Shown here piece by piece: positions 18,996 through 31,440 of a DNA stretch of 64,000 nt. The stretch is from assembly GCA_008690995.1 (NCBI GenBank), contig VRMN01000003.1:620001-684000 (forward strand), read 5' to 3'. Below the pieces are notes generated by a model. That model did no database searches. It saw nothing but the letters and a program-made list of their open reading frames with translations, and was not told where the DNA came from. Both the position numbers and the translations under genes were made by a program. Origin of the DNA: Porphyridium purpureum (lineage: Eukaryota). Each line of letters begins with the position of its first letter. Position 1 is the first letter of the stretch.

Positions 18996-20462
18996 GCTGT
19001 TTCAAGCTGGCCGATGTACACGAGTTCCCGCTTTCCCAACCGAGACTCTTTCCTCCCCTTGCGCACCCTTCTGCCTTCGACGTGTCAAAGTCGCCTCTCG
19101 CCTGGTGGTAGCGTTCGCCAAGTACTTATATGCACCTTTGGTGCCCACACCTTCGCGGTGCAGTGTAATAACGCAGTGATTCGAGCACAGCGTGGTCGTT
19201 GTGTAGATTTGGCATTGTGGCAACGCCACGGGGCGCGTCACGGTTTCGGGCACGCAAGCCATCACTTGTTAAAAATAGACCATGTCCGGAAACAGCTCAT
19301 AAGGAGTGCCAACTTTTGGACGACCAACCGAAAGGGCACTCTATTTTTAGGTACGACTCGATCTATTTTTGGATTTCACGGATGACATCGGCATAGGTAT
19401 GCGCCTCAACAAATGATGACAAACAAATTACGCGCGAACGGCCGGGACCAGACACAGCGGCGGCTTGGCGTTCACACGGTGCAAGCGTCTACAATTCGAC
19501 CTGCCACGTTTCTTTGATTGAAAACACTATCTTCGAGCACAGAACTGTTGCCTTGGAATTTCTACCCTTCGCTTCGAAACCGGATAAACAAAACGGGACC
19601 GCTAAGCCGATAAAGAAGATGAAACCGCCAAAGTCTCCCACCAATGAACCGACCACAAACGGAGCAAACGTATGAAAATCATGCTGCGATGCGCCCCGGA
19701 AGATGTCTTCCGCTAGCGTACCAGGGAATCAACGGGCAGGAACTGATCCGATCATGCGCGCCGCGCCTGTATGATGAGTAGCAGCCCTTGCCTTCAGTTT
19801 TCCATTCTCTTTCCCGCTCTCTTGCTCTTTCACACGGAATGGATACTGGACAACGGCGAGATGGCGTGACCGAACAACTTTTATTCGCCGTCTGGGACTA
19901 GCTCGATGTAAGGGTTCATCATAACCTTAGCAAGCTTTGTGGGGAAACGCTGGGACAAAAGGAACAGCAGGAGAAAAAAAGGTCAGAAGGGAACGGAGGA
20001 CCGAATATTCAGCTTATGGGAGACTACGAAAGCGAGTGGGTCGGTTTTAACAAGTGACGGTGGAGGTGCGGTACAAAATCACCCTAGCTGCCGTGTAAAG
20101 GACACTTCAGACCGAGATCCGCTCACACTACACGCTAGTGAGCCTCTGCCGTACATCCAATTCAAGCCTTAAAACGAACGCCCCAATCCAACCAACCAAT
20201 CCCTCCTTTCGTTCTCCTTTTTCTCTACATTTTCGTGTACCTCTGCCGTGATTTGGTCCTCAACGGCCCACACAATACCTTTCTCTCGCAGCTAAGCCGC
20301 ACAGAGAAGCTAGACCACGGACCCACTGACGTCGCCGGTGTCGTTCATCTCTATGTGGTCTTCAAAACTTTTCTATCACTCAACTAAAGACCCTCTTCTC
20401 TACTCTCTTATACCCGCTCGCCGTCGACCGGCGCGCTCCGATCGATATCTATCTGTATGAAG

Positions 20463-20496
20463 CCCTCGACATAACCTTCCATGGTTATGTTGAGGG
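20463..20496. repeat. Inverted repeat/hairpin (14-bp arms, 1 mismatch, 6-nt loop)
   Basis: ccctcgacataacc-ttccat-ggttatgttgaggg; a second hairpin tatccgcc-agccc-ggcggata lies at 20531-20551. Confidence 0.8.
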
Positions 20497-20568
20497 TCAT
20501 CTCCGTACAGTGAAGACCGTACCCGGTTATTATCCGCCAGCCCGGCGGATACCTACTCTTCGCTGGAT

Positions 20569-20686
20569 CCTTGCTGTGGCCTTGCTGTGACCTTGCTGTA
20601 GGTTTGCTGTAGGCTTGCTATAGGCTTGCTATAGGCTTGCTGTAGCCTTGCTGTAGCCTTGCTGTAGCCTTGCTGTAACCTTGCTG
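20569..20686. repeat. 11-bp minisatellite, ~10.7 copies (consensus CCTTGCTGTAG)
   Basis: Read directly: ccttgctgtgg ccttgctgtga ccttgctgtag gtttgctgtag gcttgctatag ... ccttgctgtaa ccttgctg. Confidence 0.95.
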
Positions 20687-21074
20687 GTGCACTGTCATTT
20701 TTCTCACAGTGTTACCCGGAAAGCTGGTGAACACGGGGCGGCAGTTTATGTAAAGACGTGGAGACCCGCGAGCAGGCTCGGGGGCAGAGAGGAAGAAGAG
20801 AGGAGCGAAGGGGAGAGAAGAAGGAGAGGAAAAGGAAATGGAAAAGGAGGTTGATAACATCGGTCAATTATTAAATGAATCATTGACACTCTATTCCCCC
20901 GTCAGGCTATCCCACGGGGCGGAAGGTTAATTCTTTTTCCATACACCCTTAGCCTTTTATTTTTGTTCTAGTGCTACTTTCCCGCCGCCGCTCGCTGCGT
21001 ATTTATACGCTGATCAAGAAATTGAGGGTTCGGGTAACCCTCAAAGTAACTGGGTACAGTTCAAACTGTACCTG

Positions 21075-22543
21075 GTCAATTATTCACACTAAAGTGCGAC
21101 CAGAATGGATAGGACCCCCCACAATTTTATACTCAATTTCAGAGTTTTATATTAAAAATAAAGTGTTTTAGTATGAAAAGGACAAGAAACGGAAGAAGGG
21201 CACGGAAAAAGGACAAAAAAGATGGTCAAATAGGATAGGACCCCCAACTTTGTGCGTGCAATTGCGCAGCAAGGCGCAGGCGAAATCGACTCGGATTGCC
21301 TCCCACCTATGCACGCTGACGTTGCGCACATCTCCACATTCGATTTTCCACTGACAAATGCAGTATGTTGAAGCTAGCCAGCTCAACAGCGCCTTGCGCA
21401 GCAAAAACAGCACTCTTTAGCCGATCCACGGTCGCGTACTGCCTTTGGTCCCCAATAATCTTGCGGTCTGTATTCCTCAGACGTTTGCAACCATGCTGAA
21501 GTCTGAAAAGTACTCAAACCACTCCATAATGTGGACATGGCTGCTTCGAAAGTGCTGCCTTCTTGGTCAGCAGTTTGCCGCTTCGTATTTTCTTTCACCC
21601 ATATGAAGCCATGGTTCTCTAAATCGCGGCGTTTCTGAAGCTTCTCTTTGCCCTGCAACATGCGCACGTACCTATCTGCACTCACTCTGCCTTCACCAAT
21701 GTGCAAACACAAACGTTTACAGCTCAAATTTTGCCCCAGATCATGATGCTTCCCCCGCAGTATAATTAGACCAGCACGAATGAGTATCGTCCACCTCATT
21801 TGACCATGCGGCGTGAAAGACATCTGAGCACATCGAAATCGAACCTTTTCCCGTCAGAAGAAACAATCTTCTTTCACTTTTCACGAAACGACGTTTGAGC
21901 TCTGGCACAATCAAGTCTTGCTAGCTTTCGGTCGAGTGTCAAAAGACAGATTATTCACCACACGATGGAAGGTATGTTGCTGGTGCATTGCGCTCCGGAC
22001 TGTGGTCCATGATGCAATAGTTTTTCCTTCGCAGGAGCAGATCCTCGGCTACCGGTCACGCCTTTTGAAAAGCTCGCTCAAACTTTCACTATTCGTGATC
22101 CTTTCGACAACGGCCGGCGTGAGCTTCGACGGGTTGGTGGAAGTGTACTTGAGACTGTAGGCATCAGTACCTGCTGAGAAGCGGCGAATTGCGCTACCGG
22201 AGCGGTTTATCTTACGCGATATTCCCTGCAGAGCGTCGCATGCTGCCTTGAAGGCCAAAATGGCTCTTTTTCCGCGCTCTGAGAGTCCGCATTTGCGTCG
22301 CATGGTACCTGGGCGATGGTGTCGCAGATGAGCGCACACGAAGATCAAAATTCGTGCCGCCTGTCCACGCGCAGCCTTGGATTGTCGCTGATATTGTTCC
22401 CGGTCCTATCCTTTTTGTGCGCGCTTTTCACTGTACCACCAGTGGAGAACACCGCCTTACATAGTAAAACGATCGAATTTATTATAAAGTCCAGAAAAAC
22501 TTGGGGGGGTCCTATCCTATTTGTCCGCACTTTAATAATTGAC
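21075..22543 (-). mobile_element. Decayed Tc1/Tc3-like (Tc1/mariner) DNA transposon with imperfect terminal inverted repeats
   Basis: Left aaagtgcgaccagaatggataggacccccc (21091-21120) versus right ggggggtcctatcctatttgtccgcacttt (22504-22533). Internal copy of the motif at ~21224-21250. Broken transposase from ATG 22303: MRRKCGLSERGKRAILAFK..ISRKINRS (HTH), KIVSSDGKRF, SIMIWG, ENHGFIWVK. Confidence 0.7.
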
Positions 22544-22744
22544 GGCCAGCCCTAGTTACTTCATACTCTTACAAGATCCCCGGCGACAGCGGTCCTAAAT
22601 ACCCCACTATACCCTAGACGAACCGTTTGACCTTTTATGAACCTCAGGAAAGAGTGGCCCTGTTTAAACTAGGATATTCTCGATACAATGCCGAGTACAG
22701 GGGAATGTGGTGCCTGGAGGGCTGCGGGGAAGGGAGTTACTCCC

Positions 22745-23069
22745 AAGAAGAATGTGGAGCTTTCAGACTGGCCGGCGTACTTGCCAAATCTATCACCATC
22801 CAAACCTTGACAGGGATATAAGCGCGCAAGGTGTACGAGAATGCGAGAAAGTATCAGACGGTGCCAGAGCTCAAACATGTCAACGCACAAACCAGGGAGA
22901 CTTTGGACCACTTTATCCTACATAATGTATATATGCGTCTGTGTGCTAAAGGGCAAACTCGACCGTGCAAACATTCAAGACCCATGCTCGAAAGGACACC
23001 CGCGATTAATTCCGATCCTGTCAGTCTGAGAAATGGCCATACATAAGCCGTGTCCTATCCATTTTGACC
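22745..23069 (+). mobile_element. 3' fragment of a second Tc1/Tc3-like transposon
   Basis: Frameshifted KNVELSDWPAYLPNLSP..ARKVYENARKYQTVPELK..LRNGHT* resembles the WPxxSPDLNPIE region and C-terminus. Followed by the TIR-type motif gtcctatccattttgacc (23052-23069). Confidence 0.65.
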
Positions 23070-24299
23070 TCCGACCACGTCTCGTTTTCACGAGACATCT
23101 ATCGTTTTTAGAGTAGGATAAATCATTTTTCTGGCAAGACTAAAATATGGTACCCATTCCCTTTCCCTTTTGGTCGCGCCATTTCACTTGAAAATAGTTT
23201 CGTTCTTGTCCGTACTCACTGTGACTTTCGCACATGTATCCAGCCTTTGAAAACGAAGAAACTGCAATTTCGGGCAGAGAAAATCCGTGTCGGAAATGTC
23301 AGAATGCATGGCAGCCTGAAACTTTACAAAGGATGATTGCTCTGTTTCCCGTGAGCAAAAAGTACAGTACTTAGTAGTTTCAATCCAGACATGTTTACCT
23401 GAGCGTATTCTCTGGGAGTGCTTGCTTGACAAGAGACCATTTGAAAGCGCGAGTACATGAGAACATCATCTTGTCAGAGTCGTTCCTGGAGCCTAAGCCG
23501 TTGAACATTGATGTTTGATCTCCTCATGGTGAAACGTGTGTCTGTGACAGCTGGCCGAAAGAGGAAATCTCTTGCGCTGCCCTCTCGAACGTATAAGGTG
23601 TGTAGAGGTGAAGGAAGAGAGACAAAAGAAGCAAGACCGAAACGGAGTCTCTTTGGATGTACTGATATGGTTGCCGTCCAAGCAACGACAAAGCACTGCA
23701 CTGCACAAAGAATATTAACAGGGTAAAGTCACTTGCAACCGAATAATCGACATTTGGGAACATCAGAAGGAAAAGGAAGAGACGAAATCATCAGAGATTG
23801 GGCAATTCGTTTTCAGGAGTTACTTTTGAACTCAAATTGTCGGGAGTTGGGAGGCACCGCGCAGAATTATCATTTATGTCGAGTGACAATTATTGTGAAA
23901 CCTTTAGCGCTTCAAGAATCAATTAGAGGTTGAATTTCTCTCTGTCGCACTCCAACATGTTAATCCTATTTAAAAATACTTGGCTAGCGAATGACAAATT
24001 TGGAAACGTTCCTTCAAAATGTCATCTAACAAACATTATTGACATCAGAAAGCTTTATGAAACGCATTTTAAAATCTTGCGAAACGAGTATATACATTCA
24101 AAAGACTGGCCGTGCAAAGATTTGCTTACTTCAAAGGAACATTTAGTCTGACGCTTCTTGGATAGATGCCTTTCGCGGCTCCAAGCGCAAAGCCAGTTCC
24201 TACACGTAATTTCTTGCAGGGTGACTTGTGGCACGAATTGATACTCAAATTTTGATCAGGATACTTTAATCTAATGTTTGTTGACTTTCAAAAAAGTGT

Positions 24300-24980
24300 A
24301 GTGTCACATCATTTAAATTTTGGTGCATAGAAAATTTACGCCATCGCACACAGCATAAACACATTATAGTATTTGAGATGATATCTCTGAACCCAAGCAG
24401 TTACAATTCTGGACGGTTTACCAGGATTACATCTTTTCCTGTTACCTCATTGGCATTGCCATCCGGGAACATGGTCGAAAAAGCCATGCCGAGTATTTGA
24501 TGTTGATGACTTACGACATTGTTAATGAGGCCTCCTGAATTGAATGCGGTCCAGCATTCACTTTAAATCGTAACAAAATAAGTAAGATTCGAATATACCA
24601 GCTTCAGTCTTTCGAAAGTCTCCATATCAACAGAAGTTTTGCCCTTTATCAGTTCAACAACCGCGAAATGAATTTATGCACTACTTAAATTTTCAATCAG
24701 GCTAACATCATGCCATACGTCTCCCCCTACAAGAAGTCTAAATTGAGACCTCGAATTAATGCGCCAAAAGATACAATGATAGGGGCATCGTTTGCAAATG
24801 ATCTGGTGAACACTACACTGAGTTGAGATTGATGGATGATGGACAGTGTGATTTGAACAACAGAAAATAAGATAGGAGTGGTGGACTTCGAAGTGTATGG
24901 CAGCTTCCTGTGCAGCAAGAGAAGACATACGCTACGACAAGCGACACACGCCTGCATAGACTCTTCACCAACGTAGTCAA
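24300..24980 (-). mobile_element. Possible heavily decayed Helitron Rep-helicase N-terminal fragment
   Basis: Interrupted minus-strand peptides GMAFSTMFPDGNA and HLKYYN..RKFSMHQ resemble Helitron AFPTLFPxG and RFAxH motifs; upstream DFL..MLA*LK resembles DF.V...AL.WLK. Many stops; visual resemblance only. Confidence 0.3.
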
Positions 24981-26439
24981 GCCCCGTCGCAATCCTCACG
25001 AGTGTGCTGCATCAAAAGTCTCTCATGTACAATATCCAAGAGCATGCACCGTTCGGAATTAGATGTTTTGGCTTTGCAGTGAAGCTTCATCAGGCAACCT
25101 TGACCGAAACAAAAGTGTCAGTATTAAAGTTATTCTGATGTACATGTTCTGCAGTAGACTTGGTGAGCTCGCCCAGCATAAACAATATAAGGTCCAATCT
25201 TTCTGACTGACAAGAATTACCCTAATCGTGTGAAAATTGTTTTATTATGAGGTAGAGAGCAACGAAGAGTATTTTCTCGGCATAGATTTATCTGATTTGA
25301 AAGAATGATATATTCATTCACTTTTCAAAGTGACCCAGCCTAAGGTACAGTTCAATGTTCGAATTCGATCACAAAAGAGTAATGATTTATTGTACGGAAT
25401 GCCGGAACACGTTCAAATATTGTATCTTTTTCATCGCAAATATTGTCAGGCAATCCTTACACCTGATGCTTCACATGGATAAAAAATGCCTTCGAGGATT
25501 TGGTAGCACAGTACAATGAAACTATCTTGGAACCAGTCTGTTTACTGAACATGGTCATGGCAAGAACCATATAGTAATTCCCCTAGATTAATCAGAATAT
25601 AAGTGACATGCAACGATGTTTGTATCTAATGATGGTTTGGAAAAACAATGGTTCAATGAATGCGAACCTGTGATCATCTTCCAAACGGGAAGTAATTTCC
25701 AAGATAAAAATCAAAAGACCAGTCGTTTTTTCTCATTTCTTAATTTTTTGGTCGATTGACTACTGTGGTCCCAAACATTCTGACATTATGTCTTGGTCAT
25801 TTGTTGCAGTGCATCCTAAATCACGCATTACTCAGAAGATATTAAAGTGTGAAGTTTTACAATCCTGATGAATAAAATGCACGTTGAGCAAGCCAATCGA
25901 CCACACTGCCTCCGAAACCATGCGAATATCTGACAAGGAAAGAACAAGAAATTTCATAAATACTCTAACGCGCCATATCTTGTTCAAAGGTTTTTCTAAA
26001 TACGAATGACGACAATTATGGTGAGATCATTTACAGCCAGGAACTTGTCGAGCTGCCAGCATTTGTTTTCGCTACCTTTCAGAACAATAGAAAACAATGC
26101 AGTACCCCTTCATGATAGTTGAATGTCTGGAATTGCGCACGGGATAAAACCCAGCCTCTCGGAAAAAGCAGCCATAAACGTTCAAAATGAATTTGCGGCA
26201 AAAACGTACGAACTTTCTTATTCTTTCTTCTATCTTGTTCCCAAGGTATAAGAACCGGTCCGCAGAACTGATGACTTGAAACGAAAATCGCCAAACCCAG
26301 GGTACCGGGAAACCTAGGCTCCGAAGCAAATGGAAGGGCAAAAGGAACAGTTGTATTATAGTGGTCAGACATGAAAGAGAAAAGGAAACGTATTTTTTAA
26401 AATTACGATAGCAAGTGGACTGGTCTTGGCAAGTAAAAG

Positions 26440-26960
26440 GTAGTGAAAGCTACGTAAAAGCACGGTCGCCCTTTCATGAACACGCCAAATGGATTTCTCC
26501 TTGCATACTACGCTAGCGTTCTTCTCGCAAATTGAATCCAAGGCCTTTCACGATCGGTCAAATCCGTTCACGATCAAACTTTCTTTCCAACCTTTTCGCC
26601 GTTACGTCTTCTTCCAACTTGACCAGAAAATTGCCAAGAATCAGCCTGGCCCACGCCATTTTGCGCCCTTTGTCGTTTCTTTGTCTAGCAAGCACGAGAG
26701 AACAAAGTCTTCGAAATGACAGTTCTCCACCACTGATTTCCTTTGTTTCGCCGCACAGTCCGTAACCACAGCCTACCATGCGTCTGAAACGCTGGGATGG
26801 CGCGACGAGAAGGAATCCACATAATTACGTGGCGACTGATTTTGGGACTCCATACGAAGCCACCAAAAGCCGAACAAAACATGAAAGTCAAGCATCGCTC
26901 AGGTGAGATCTCATGAAGATTCTTGACCGAATGGTCACCACGGGGTTTTCTAACGTTTCT
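26440..26960 (-). mobile_element. Possible Tc1-like transposase remnant
   Basis: RKMAWAR...LERKFDRERI*...FNLREER loosely parallels the Tc3-type RLxWAR...SDEKKFNLDG...DLRKE; strongly degenerate. Confidence 0.3.
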
Positions 26961-27149
26961 CAATTTAAAGCATACGATGTCTCTCGGTGTAGGATCATGA
27001 CATTGCACGCTAATCAGTCCGTCCGCAATTGTACGCTTTTCGGAACAATGCGCAGGGATGTGAGCGCAGGGAAGTGAGCGCAGGCAAGCAATCATATCGC
27101 AATATATTGCGATATTGAATCACGAGAAAGAAACAGTTGAACGGGGAAG

Positions 27150-27855
27150 CAGCAAAATACATGGGGCGAGCAGGGAAGACGAGCTACGGAACGTAAAAGT
27201 GAAAAGAGAGAAAAACCGTTCATACACCCAGTTACTTGGTGTGGTGGCCGCGGGCGCCCAGTAAAGCTTGATAACGAAGAGGCCTCGTCTCCAAAGCGAA
27301 ACTCCGTACTAAGGGAGTGTCCCACCATGTCATTTCTTTTAACCCCTGTATTTGATTTAAAAGAACTTTCTAATGGTACTGTATGGCACGGTGCAATGCG
27401 CACAACCCTCATAATAAATCAGGAGTTGGTGAGTTCAGGCTCTTAGATTACCATATAAGTCTCACCGCCAGACGGCAGCGTGTGTGAGTTGAAGAAAAAA
27501 AGGAAGCTATATGGTTGCGTCTATTTATGGTGTGGCTTCGGGGCAAGGGGAACCCGGGAGTAAGCATGTGGCTTGGCATTTTGTTGGTGTCTGCTGTGGA
27601 AGAAAGTCTACTTACAGACTGCCGCCAGCGAGTGCGTCAAGGCCTATCAATGGCTAAATTGCTCATACCACGAGCACATTGGCGTTGAGATGTGGGCCGC
27701 GTTCGAATTGGCGAGCTTTTTAGGATACAGCAGGCAACATGACGCCCCAAGTGTTCTTAAGTGGGTTTCAGTCCAATGACCTTGCCGGCCGTGGAAACTC
27801 TGTGACGCCGAGTGCGTTGAGCCATACTTTTGTCGAATTAGCCGTGTGGGCTGGA
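27150..27855 (+). mobile_element. Possible Tc1-like transposase remnant interrupted by the copia nest (may continue at 37813-~37910)
   Basis: GRPVKLD (27252), SNGTVW, GCVYLWCGFGARGT, QHDAPS, VELAVW occur in the expected Tc1 order, with stops and frameshifts. Confidence 0.4.
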
Positions 27856-27860
27856 GCATT

Positions 27861-28185
27861 TATTAAAAGGTCTGATGTATCGGGGAGTCTTTGTGACTTG
27901 TCACTAACGCAGTTGCGTGTCCCCTTCGTCGCCCTTGCAACTAACCTTACCTTCGTCATCCGGGGACTCCGAGCCTCGGCCATCGCTAAGCTCTTCATAT
28001 AGGCAATCGTAGTGCTTTCACTAGTGAGATTGCCAACTGTACCTCCAGGGCAAAAACCCTTATTTACTATAAGTTGGAGAAATACAGAAAGTTGGAGAAA
28101 TACAGAAAGTTGGAGCTGAAACATTCCCCATGGTATTACTACTTTACCTGGGGAGGGAATCTACCGAAACCCTGGATTCATAACA
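27861..28185 (-). repeat. 3' LTR of outer copia copy
   Basis: Reverse complement of the 325-bp TGTTATGAAT...CTTTTAATA LTR. Confidence 0.97.
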
Positions 28186-28224
28186 CTCCCACGCAGCGAC
28201 AACTTTTCGTCATGCCTTCCACCT

Positions 28225-31101
28225 CTATCTCGAATTTTCAAGACAAGCAACACCCAATAAGGTTTTGCATTTCAAAAACATTTCTCGAGGAACCACTTTG
28301 GTTAGGAAATCTGCTGCCTGATCTGATGTGCGAATGTAAATAGCCTTGACTATTCCCCGTTGCTGACATTCGCGAGCATAGTGCTTTCTCACGTCAATGT
28401 GCTTCGACCTTTCGTGCACAATCGGGTTCTCACTCAGTTTCAGTGCAGCATCATTGTCACAAAACATTGGAATCGATTTCGACTTGAATCCTAGGAATTC
28501 CATGAGATATTGAAACCACTGGGCTTCTTTACATGCATCCGAGAGAGCCATGTACTCTGCTTCGGTTGTGGACAGCGCCACAGTTGGTTGTAGCCTGGAT
28601 TTCCAGGAGACAACTGATCCATTGATCGTGAAAGCATATCCGGTGGTTGACCTTCGCGTTCGAAGATCACTAGCATAGTCTGAATCAACGTAACCAATTA
28701 GGTCGGAGTTGCCATTTGAGCTAAATTGGAGACCATAATTTATGGTTCCTTTAAGATATCGCAGCACTCCCTTTGCCGCATTCCAATGGGATTCATTGGC
28801 ATTTGCCATTGATCGTGCAAGCACTCCCACGGCGAAGGAAATATCCGGACGCGTGCAAGTGCACAAATACATTAGTGCTCCCACGAGTTCCATGTAAGGC
28901 ATCTTGCATGGTTCTGCAGTAGCAGTATACCACTTCGTATCCTTTTCCATGGGAAGCTTCCTTGGATTCGCCGATTCCATTCCGAACCTTTCCAGGATGG
29001 TTTGGACATACAAGCTTTGATTAAGTCTGATAATGCCATTCCTTTGATCATAATCAAGAGTGTAGCCGGCAAATTTTTGCTTGACCACTTGCCCAAGATC
29101 CCTGACTTCAAACTTGCCTTGCAAATGCAGAAGCACTTCATTTGAAGTAACTTCGTCTTCACCTATGAAGACCAAGTCATCGACGTAAATCATGATATAC
29201 GGACCATTTGGACCCTTAGAAAACAGACAAGGATCTGCCGTACTTTCGGAAAAATTGATTTCTTTAAGTGCTTGCACAAGAACTTGATTCCAAGCTCGAG
29301 ATGCCTGCTTCAATCCATAGATTGCTTTACGCAGTTTCAGGACTTTTCCTCCTTCATGTACGAATCCAGGAGGCTGTTCCATGAAAATTTCTTCATGAAG
29401 TTCTCCATTGAGAAACGCAGTCACCACATCGAAAAGTCGAATTTTCAACTTTCTTGCAGCTGCTACTGCCAGGACCGTTCGAATAGTGTTGTGTCGCACA
29501 ACAGGGCTGAACACTTCGTCGTAGTCCAAACCAGGTTTCTGAGTGAAACCTTTTGCGACAAGTCGACACTTGAACCGATCAATTTGTCCGTTGACATTAT
29601 ATTTGATCTTAAAAACCCATTTGCATCTGACAGGAATTCGGTCCTGTGGACGATCGACGAGCTCCCACGTGCAGTTGCCAGTGAGAGATTCCAATTCTCT
29701 ATTCAGAGCTTCCAGCCATTGCTCAGAGAAGTCACCCTTTAGTGCTTCTTCGACTGACCGAGGTTCAGAAACGGTGGAAATTATTCCAACGAATTGATTT
29801 GCGACATATCCACTGTCTTGACTTTCGTCATCCTCAGTATTCCCAAAGTTTCCATTTGGAGCTTTTTGGAACCCTAAATCTTTCGAATTATTCTGAACTT
29901 TTTCCAGAAACGTTTCTCCGATTTCATTTGAAATAGAATATTCCTGACTGCGATCATCCATTTGTCGAGTGGAATCTGTTTCAAAATTTTTTGACGCGAT
30001 TTGAGACTTTTCATCAAACGACTTCGAGAAATCTTTTGGAAACAACTCTTCGACAATTTTATCGAAGTTGGAAAAATATTCCGAATCGTGGATTTCATGT
30101 TCATGAACATCTATTCCAACGACAGACTCATCGAAAGTGACATTTCGACTTTCAACGACCGTGCCATCCGATAGAAGAATGCGATAAACGGAATGGACAT
30201 TTCCATAACCGACCAAGCATCCAATTGCAGATCTTGTTTCTAGTTTTCCTCGCAATTGCTTAGGAATATGAACAAACGCTCTCGATCCGTAGATTCTGAG
30301 ATTGCTGAGATCTGGCCTTTGCCTGAATGCAATTTCTATCGGCGTTTTCCCGCGATTATTTGAAATGCGATTTCGCAAATAATTCGCAGTCAACAAAGCA
30401 TTACTCCAATTTTCCAAAGGTAGATTACTATCAAACAATAAGCTTCGAACCTTTTCGAGTAATGTCCGATTCATGCGTTCAGCCATACCATTAAGTTCTG
30501 GCGTGTAAGCAGAGGTATTTTCCCAAGTAATTCCAGAGTCTTGGAGATGCCTTTGCACATAAAGGCTTGCGAATTCGCCACCTTTGTCGGACCGAACTCT
30601 TTTTGCCTTTGCACCAAGAGTCGTTTCGAGATATTTAAGTGTGCGCAGTAACATTTCACCCGCTTCACTTTTTCGCTCGAGCAAGTGGACGACACTCAAA
30701 CTTGAGCATTCGTCGACGACAACTAGAAAATATCGATGGTCGTCAAAACTCGAAGGAGTGAGTGGTCCGCATACATCAGTATGAAGGACTTCTCCCGGAA
30801 CCGCCGAAATGGAATTCAATTTCCGCTTCTTAAAGGGAGTTCGTGTTCCCTTTGCCTTTTGGCAAATCACACAATGGTATTCATCCGGAACTTTTAAGTC
30901 CGCGGGAATTCCCTGTACACAATTTTGCGTATTTTTCAGACCAGCAAGTCCAGGATGACCAAGTCGACGGTGAAATAGCTCAAACTTATTTGAAGCTGTG
31001 ATTGCATTTATTCTAGCGGCGGATAGTTTGATCATTAAATCACCATCCCCAACCGCTAGGACGGGCCCATCTGACCCAAAATGCAAAACAGATGAACTAT
31101 C
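28225..31101 (-). pseudogene. Detached integrase-RT-RNase H portion of the outer copia pol
   Basis: Translation identical to the C-terminal ~950 aa of the inner polyprotein; separated from its gag by the inner element. Confidence 0.93.
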
Positions 31102-31426
31102 TGTTATGAATCCAGGGTTTCGGTAGATTCCCTCCCCAGGTAAAGTAGTAATACCATGGGGAATGTTTCAGCTCCAACTTTCTGTATTTCTCCAACTTTC
31201 TGTATTTCTCCAACTTATAGTAAATAAGGGTTTTTGCCCTGGAGGTACAGTTGGCAATCTCACTAGTGAAAGCACTACGATTGCCTATATGAAGAGCTTA
31301 GCGATGGCCGAGGCTCGGAGTCCCCGGATGACGAAGGTAAGGTTAGTTGCAAGGGCGACGAAGGGGACACGCAACTGCGTTAGTGACAAGTCACAAAGAC
31401 TCCCCGATACATCAGACCTTTTAATA
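31102..31426 (+). repeat. 5' LTR of inner copia copy
   Basis: 325 bp, TG...TA; contains an 18-bp tandem repeat (ctccaactttctgtattt, ~2.4 copies). Confidence 0.97.
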
Positions 31427-31440
31427 GGTTATGAGCCCAG
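31427..31440 (+). promoter_or_regulatory. Primer binding site complementary to the anticodon arm of initiator tRNA-Met (half-tRNA priming, Ty5/copia hemivirus type)
   Basis: GGTTATGAGCCCAG directly after the LTR; its reverse complement CTGGGCTCATAACC is the iMet anticodon stem-loop. Confidence 0.88.

Noticed and set aside
20569..20686. Regular repeats as a CRISPR array or telomere
   Set aside because: Head-to-tail 11-mers with no spacers, no cas genes, eukaryotic context and an internal position.
27768..28343. Short ORFs MFQLQLSV.../MEKYRKL... recurring several times
   Set aside because: They are incidental translations of the LTR and its 18-bp tandem repeat.
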